DNA from: an uncultured Chloroflexia bacterium
Lineage (GTDB): Bacteria > Chloroflexota > Limnocylindria > Limnocylindrales > CSP1-4
Direction: 5' to 3'
Assembly (NCBI GenBank): GCA_963828165.1
Contig: CAWHDR010000001.1
Location: 2,240,001 to 2,304,000, forward strand
Length of the DNA stretch: 64,000 nt
Positions within the stretch are counted from its first letter, which is position 1; every line of letters starts with the position of its first letter. The translations under genes and the position numbers were made by a program. Under the pieces are notes generated by a model. That model saw nothing but the letters and a program-made list of their open reading frames with translations. It was not told where the DNA came from and made no database searches. Shown here piece by piece: positions 60,490 to 64,000 of the stretch.

Positions 60490-62349
60490 ATGACCAACCG
60501 ATCGGGGATGCCCGCGCCCTCGGGCTTGTTCGGAGCCGCGCCGCGGATCCCCAAGCCCGTCCTGCTCGTCCTCGTGTACGCCATCTTCCTCGTGATCGTC
60601 GGGGTCACGGCGACGGCACAGACCGTGATGGTCTCCGCCAGCTACTCGCAGACAGCCCTGCAGTCCGTCGTCTCGACGGACGCGGCGCTCATCCGCAGCT
60701 TCGTCAACGGCAATCTCGAGCCCCAGGACCTCGACCCGGCAGGGATGACGAGGGAGCGACGCGCGGAGCTCGAGGCCCGCATCCGCCTGCTCGTCGACCG
60801 CACCGAGATCCTCCACATCGAGGTCCGGCGCCCGGACGGGACGATCGTGGCCGCAGACCGGCCCGGGCACGCCGGCACCGTTGCCGGCATGACGCCCGAC
60901 TTCCGGGCCGCGGTCGAGAAGGGATCCGTCGCAGCGAGCTTCGACCTCGCGACCAGGAGCGAGGTCGCCGGCGGCATACCCGAAACGACCGACATCCTCC
61001 GCCAGTATTTCCCTGTCCAGGCCGACGGACGCGTCCACGGCGTCGTCGGCGTGTGGCGCGACGCGGTGCCCATCCTCGCGACGCTCGGCGAGCTTCGGTC
61101 CGGGATCGTCATGACCACGCTCTCCGCGGCGCTGGTCGCAGCCGTGGTCCTGTGGATGGTGTTCCGCTCGGCCCAGCACCGGATCACGCGCCAGACCGCG
61201 GCCCTCGTCGAGGCGACGCGGCGGGATCCGCTCACCGGGCTGCTCAACCACGGCGCGCTCGTCGGCGAGCTCGCGCTCGCGATCGAGCAGGCTCGCACGG
61301 AGGATGCTGCGATCGGCATCGCGCTCGTCGACCTCGACGGCTTCCGGCTGCTCAACGAGACCTATGGCCATGCGGCAGGGGACCGAGCCCTCATGGCGGT
61401 TCGTACGCTGTTCGACGAGGAGCTCCCCCGCACCGTCGTGCGAGGACGCTACGGCCCCGATGAGTTCCTTCTGATCGCGGGCCGCCACGACGTCGCCGAG
61501 CTACTGCCTGCGCTCGAGGCGCTGCGGACGCGGCTTGCGGACCTCGTGCTCCAGTTCGATGCCTCGGAGCGTCTGCCGTTGTCGATCAGTGCCGGGATCT
61601 GCACCTATCCGGACCACGGCGGCTCGGTCACCGAACTGCTGGCGACTGCGGCGCTCACGCTCCAGGACGCGAAGGCGAGCGGCGGCGACAAGGTCCGGAT
61701 GGCCGGCATGGAATCCACGGAGGGCGAGACCCGCACGTTCGACGTGTTCCAGGGCCTGATCCTGGCGGTCGACACGAAGGACCGCTACACCAAACGGCAC
61801 TCCGAGGACGTCGCGCGGTATGCCGTGTTCCTGGGTCACCGACTTGGCCTCGAGGAGGAAGCCATCCAGACGCTCCGCGTCGCCGGCCTCCTCCACGACG
61901 TCGGCAAGATCGGCATCCCGGACCACATCCTCCGGAAGCCCGGGCGGCTGACCGAAGAGGAAAGCGTGATCGTGCAGCAGCACGTCGTGCTGGGCGACAT
62001 GATCGTCCGCGACCTGCCGAACGTGGAACTGATCCGCGCCGGCGTCCGCCACCACCACGAGCGCTGGGACGGAAACGGGTACATCGACCGCCTCGCGGGC
62101 GAAGAGATCCCGCTCGTCGCACGCATCCTGGCCGTCGGCGACACCTTCTCGGCGATGACGACGACGCGGCCATACCGCAAGGCGCTCGACATCGCGGAGG
62201 CGCTGAGGCGCCTCGAGGACTCGGCCGGGACGCAGCTCGACGAGACCCTGGTCCGCCATTTCGTCGCGGCCATCGAGACCGACGTGAACGCTCCGCTGCC
62301 GGGCAGCGACGCGGGGCGGACCTGGACGCCATACGTCCAGGTCGCCTGA
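60490..62349 (+). CDS. Membrane-bound GGDEF (GPDEF variant) + HD-GYP c-di-GMP signalling protein
   Basis: Two TMs; DPLTGLLN, DLDGFRLLNETYGHAAGD, RYGPDEF; HSEDVA, LHDVGKIGIP, HHERWDGNGY, RPYRK. Confidence 0.9.
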   Translation: MTNRSGMPAPSGLFGAAPRIPKPVLLVLVYAIFLVIVGVTATAQTVMVSASYSQTALQSVVSTDAALIRSFVNGNLEPQDLDPAGMTRERRAELEARIRLLVDRTEILHIEVRRPDGTIVAADRPGHAGTVAGMTPDFRAAVEKGSVAASFDLATRSEVAGGIPETTDILRQYFPVQADGRVHGVVGVWRDAVPILATLGELRSGIVMTTLSAALVAAVVLWMVFRSAQHRITRQTAALVEATRRDPLTGLLNHGALVGELALAIEQARTEDAAIGIALVDLDGFRLLNETYGHAAGDRALMAVRTLFDEELPRTVVRGRYGPDEFLLIAGRHDVAELLPALEALRTRLADLVLQFDASERLPLSISAGICTYPDHGGSVTELLATAALTLQDAKASGGDKVRMAGMESTEGETRTFDVFQGLILAVDTKDRYTKRHSEDVARYAVFLGHRLGLEEEAIQTLRVAGLLHDVGKIGIPDHILRKPGRLTEEESVIVQQHVVLGDMIVRDLPNVELIRAGVRHHHERWDGNGYIDRLAGEEIPLVARILAVGDTFSAMTTTRPYRKALDIAEALRRLEDSAGTQLDETLVRHFVAAIETDVNAPLPGSDAGRTWTPYVQVA

Positions 62350-62350
62350 C

Positions 62351-64000
62351 ATGAGGGGCCACCGCGGCACGCTGCGAACGGCGGCGCGGCGGACCGGCCG
62401 ACGTGGCCTCGTCGGCCTCCTCGCGGCGCTCGTGGCCGCGATGGCCATGCCGTCTGGGGTCTTCGCGGCGCACGACTGGTCCGTGTCGGCGTCGCCCTCG
62501 TCGGTGGTCCACAACGTCTCGACCGACGTCTCACTCAGCGTTCGCAACATCTCGACCAACGACGGCGGCGGCGACTCGATCGGCTGCGTGATCGTCACCG
62601 TGCCCAGCGCCTACACGCTGGACGCCGTGACGATCGTCTCCGTCTCGCGCGGCTTCATCTGGTCGCACTCGACCTCGAGCAACAATGGCGATGCGATCAT
62701 CACCTTCAAGGCGCAGGACGACAGCAACCGCCTGCGCGGTGCCGAGGAATACGATCAGCTGCTCGCCACCATCACCGTGACCGGGACCGTCCTTGGCACC
62801 TCGAACTGGAGCGCGACCGAGTACGAGAAGCCGGACTGTAACCAGGAGCAGCTGAGCGCGTCCCTGCCCATGACCATCAAGGCCGGCGCGAACGTCGGTC
62901 CCAGCGGTACCGCGGACGCGTACACGGTGGTGGCGGGCTCCACCCGGACCGTGGCCGCGCCGGGTGTGCTGGCGAACGACAGCGACGGCGACGGTGACGT
63001 CATCTCGGCGGTGCTCGCGACCGACGTGTCGTCGGGGACCCTGTCCCTGGCCAGCGACGGCGGGTTCGCCTACACACCGGACGCCGGCTTCGTCGGCACG
63101 GACTCGTTCACCTACCAGGTCAGCGACGGGACCGTACTCAGCTCAGCCGTGACCGCCACCATCGACGTGACCAACACCGCTCCGGCCACCGCGGCCGATG
63201 CATACGCAGCACAGAAGAACGTGCTGCTCACGGTGCCCGCAGGATCGGGCGTGCTGGCGAACGATAACGACGCCGACGGCCACGCACTCTCGGCCGCGGT
63301 CGTGTCCGCCCCGGCATCCGGCACCCTGGCACTCGCCGCGGACGGCAGCTTCACCTACGACCCGGCCCTGAGCGTGACTGGTGACGTGACGTTCACCTAC
63401 GAGACCTTCGATGGCTATGACACGAGCGCACCGGAGACGGTCACCATCTCGCTGACGAACGACGCACCGGTCGCGGAAGATGATGGCTACGCGACCCACA
63501 TGAACGACCCGATCGTCGAGGGTGCTCCGGGCGTGCTCGCGAACGACACCGATGCCAACGCCGACGGGCTCACCGCGGAACTCGTCTCGACGACCACGTC
63601 CGGGCTCCTGCTGCTCGCGCCCGACGGATCCTTCACCTACATGCCGAATATCTTCTGGGTGGGCACCGATACGTTCACGTACCGGGTCTCGGACGGCAGC
63701 GCCTGGTCGGCAGCGGCCACGGTCACGATCGCGGTATCCAACGGCACGCCGACGGCGGTCGACGACGCCGCCACGACCGTGCACGACACGTCGGTGGGTG
63801 GGAACGTCCTCGACAACGACCTCGACCCCGACGACGACCCGCTGTCCGCCAGCCTCGTGACCGACGTCGCGTCGGGGACGCTCACGCTCGCCGGCGACGG
63901 ATCGTGGAGCTATACGCCGGATGCCGGCTTCGTCGGGACCGATTCGTTCACGTACGACGTGACCGATGGCGAGGCGGTGTCGAACGCTGCGACCGTGACG
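62351..64000 (+). CDS. Secreted Ig-like/cadherin-like (tandem-95/Big_9) repeat surface protein, truncated by the window end
   Basis: Signal peptide then ~95-aa repeats GVLANDSDGDGD...DGGFAYTP...GTDSFTYQVSDG (about 4 visible); no stop seen before the window end. Confidence 0.85.
   Translation, partial: MRGHRGTLRTAARRTGRRGLVGLLAALVAAMAMPSGVFAAHDWSVSASPSSVVHNVSTDVSLSVRNISTNDGGGDSIGCVIVTVPSAYTLDAVTIVSVSRGFIWSHSTSSNNGDAIITFKAQDDSNRLRGAEEYDQLLATITVTGTVLGTSNWSATEYEKPDCNQEQLSASLPMTIKAGANVGPSGTADAYTVVAGSTRTVAAPGVLANDSDGDGDVISAVLATDVSSGTLSLASDGGFAYTPDAGFVGTDSFTYQVSDGTVLSSAVTATIDVTNTAPATAADAYAAQKNVLLTVPAGSGVLANDNDADGHALSAAVVSAPASGTLALAADGSFTYDPALSVTGDVTFTYETFDGYDTSAPETVTISLTNDAPVAEDDGYATHMNDPIVEGAPGVLANDTDANADGLTAELVSTTTSGLLLLAPDGSFTYMPNIFWVGTDTFTYRVSDGSAWSAAATVTIAVSNGTPTAVDDAATTVHDTSVGGNVLDNDLDPDDDPLSASLVTDVASGTLTLAGDGSWSYTPDAGFVGTDSFTYDVTDGEAVSNAATVT

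Noticed and set aside
60285-60490. Integrative element at tRNA-Ser
   Set aside because: No integrase and no duplicated tRNA 3' end within the window.

Overview
GC-rich bacterial chromosomal segment, mostly housekeeping and metabolic genes. The gene mix (class I LysRS, cyanophycin genes, Lhr-Nei, XRE-HTH/nuclease-fold gene) suggests Chloroflexota, Limnocylindria-like; this is inference only. In order it holds: secreted and protease-like hypotheticals; YyaL/SSP411; a NUDIX-MBL fusion; Mug; TatA; an AcuC deacetylase-GNAT fusion; lhr-nei; an ECF sigma/anti-sigma pair; a cyanophycin locus (cphB, cphA, and a CphA paralog lacking the ATP-grasp domain) among peptidase/amidohydrolase and amino-acid transport genes; DegV; gdhA; coaX-coaBC-panB-panC; an NCS2 permease; an M16 peptidase; ndk; lepB; hppA; uppP; argR; greA; lysS; serS; tRNA-Ser(UGA); a GGDEF/HD-GYP protein; and a truncated Ig-repeat adhesin. 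At least six genes carry single-base frameshifts, probably assembly errors. The most unusual signal is an XRE-HTH + PD-(D/E)XK-fold gene flanked on both sides by arrays of a degenerate 17-bp palindrome (about RTTCRCTGNCAGTGAAY). The sites are spaced 61-62, 72 or 82 bp apart, multiples of about 10.3 bp. A gene-less array of the same motif and spacing lies 16 kb away, and a second phased-palindrome family lies at 40.5 kb. No CRISPR array, integrase or transposase was seen.
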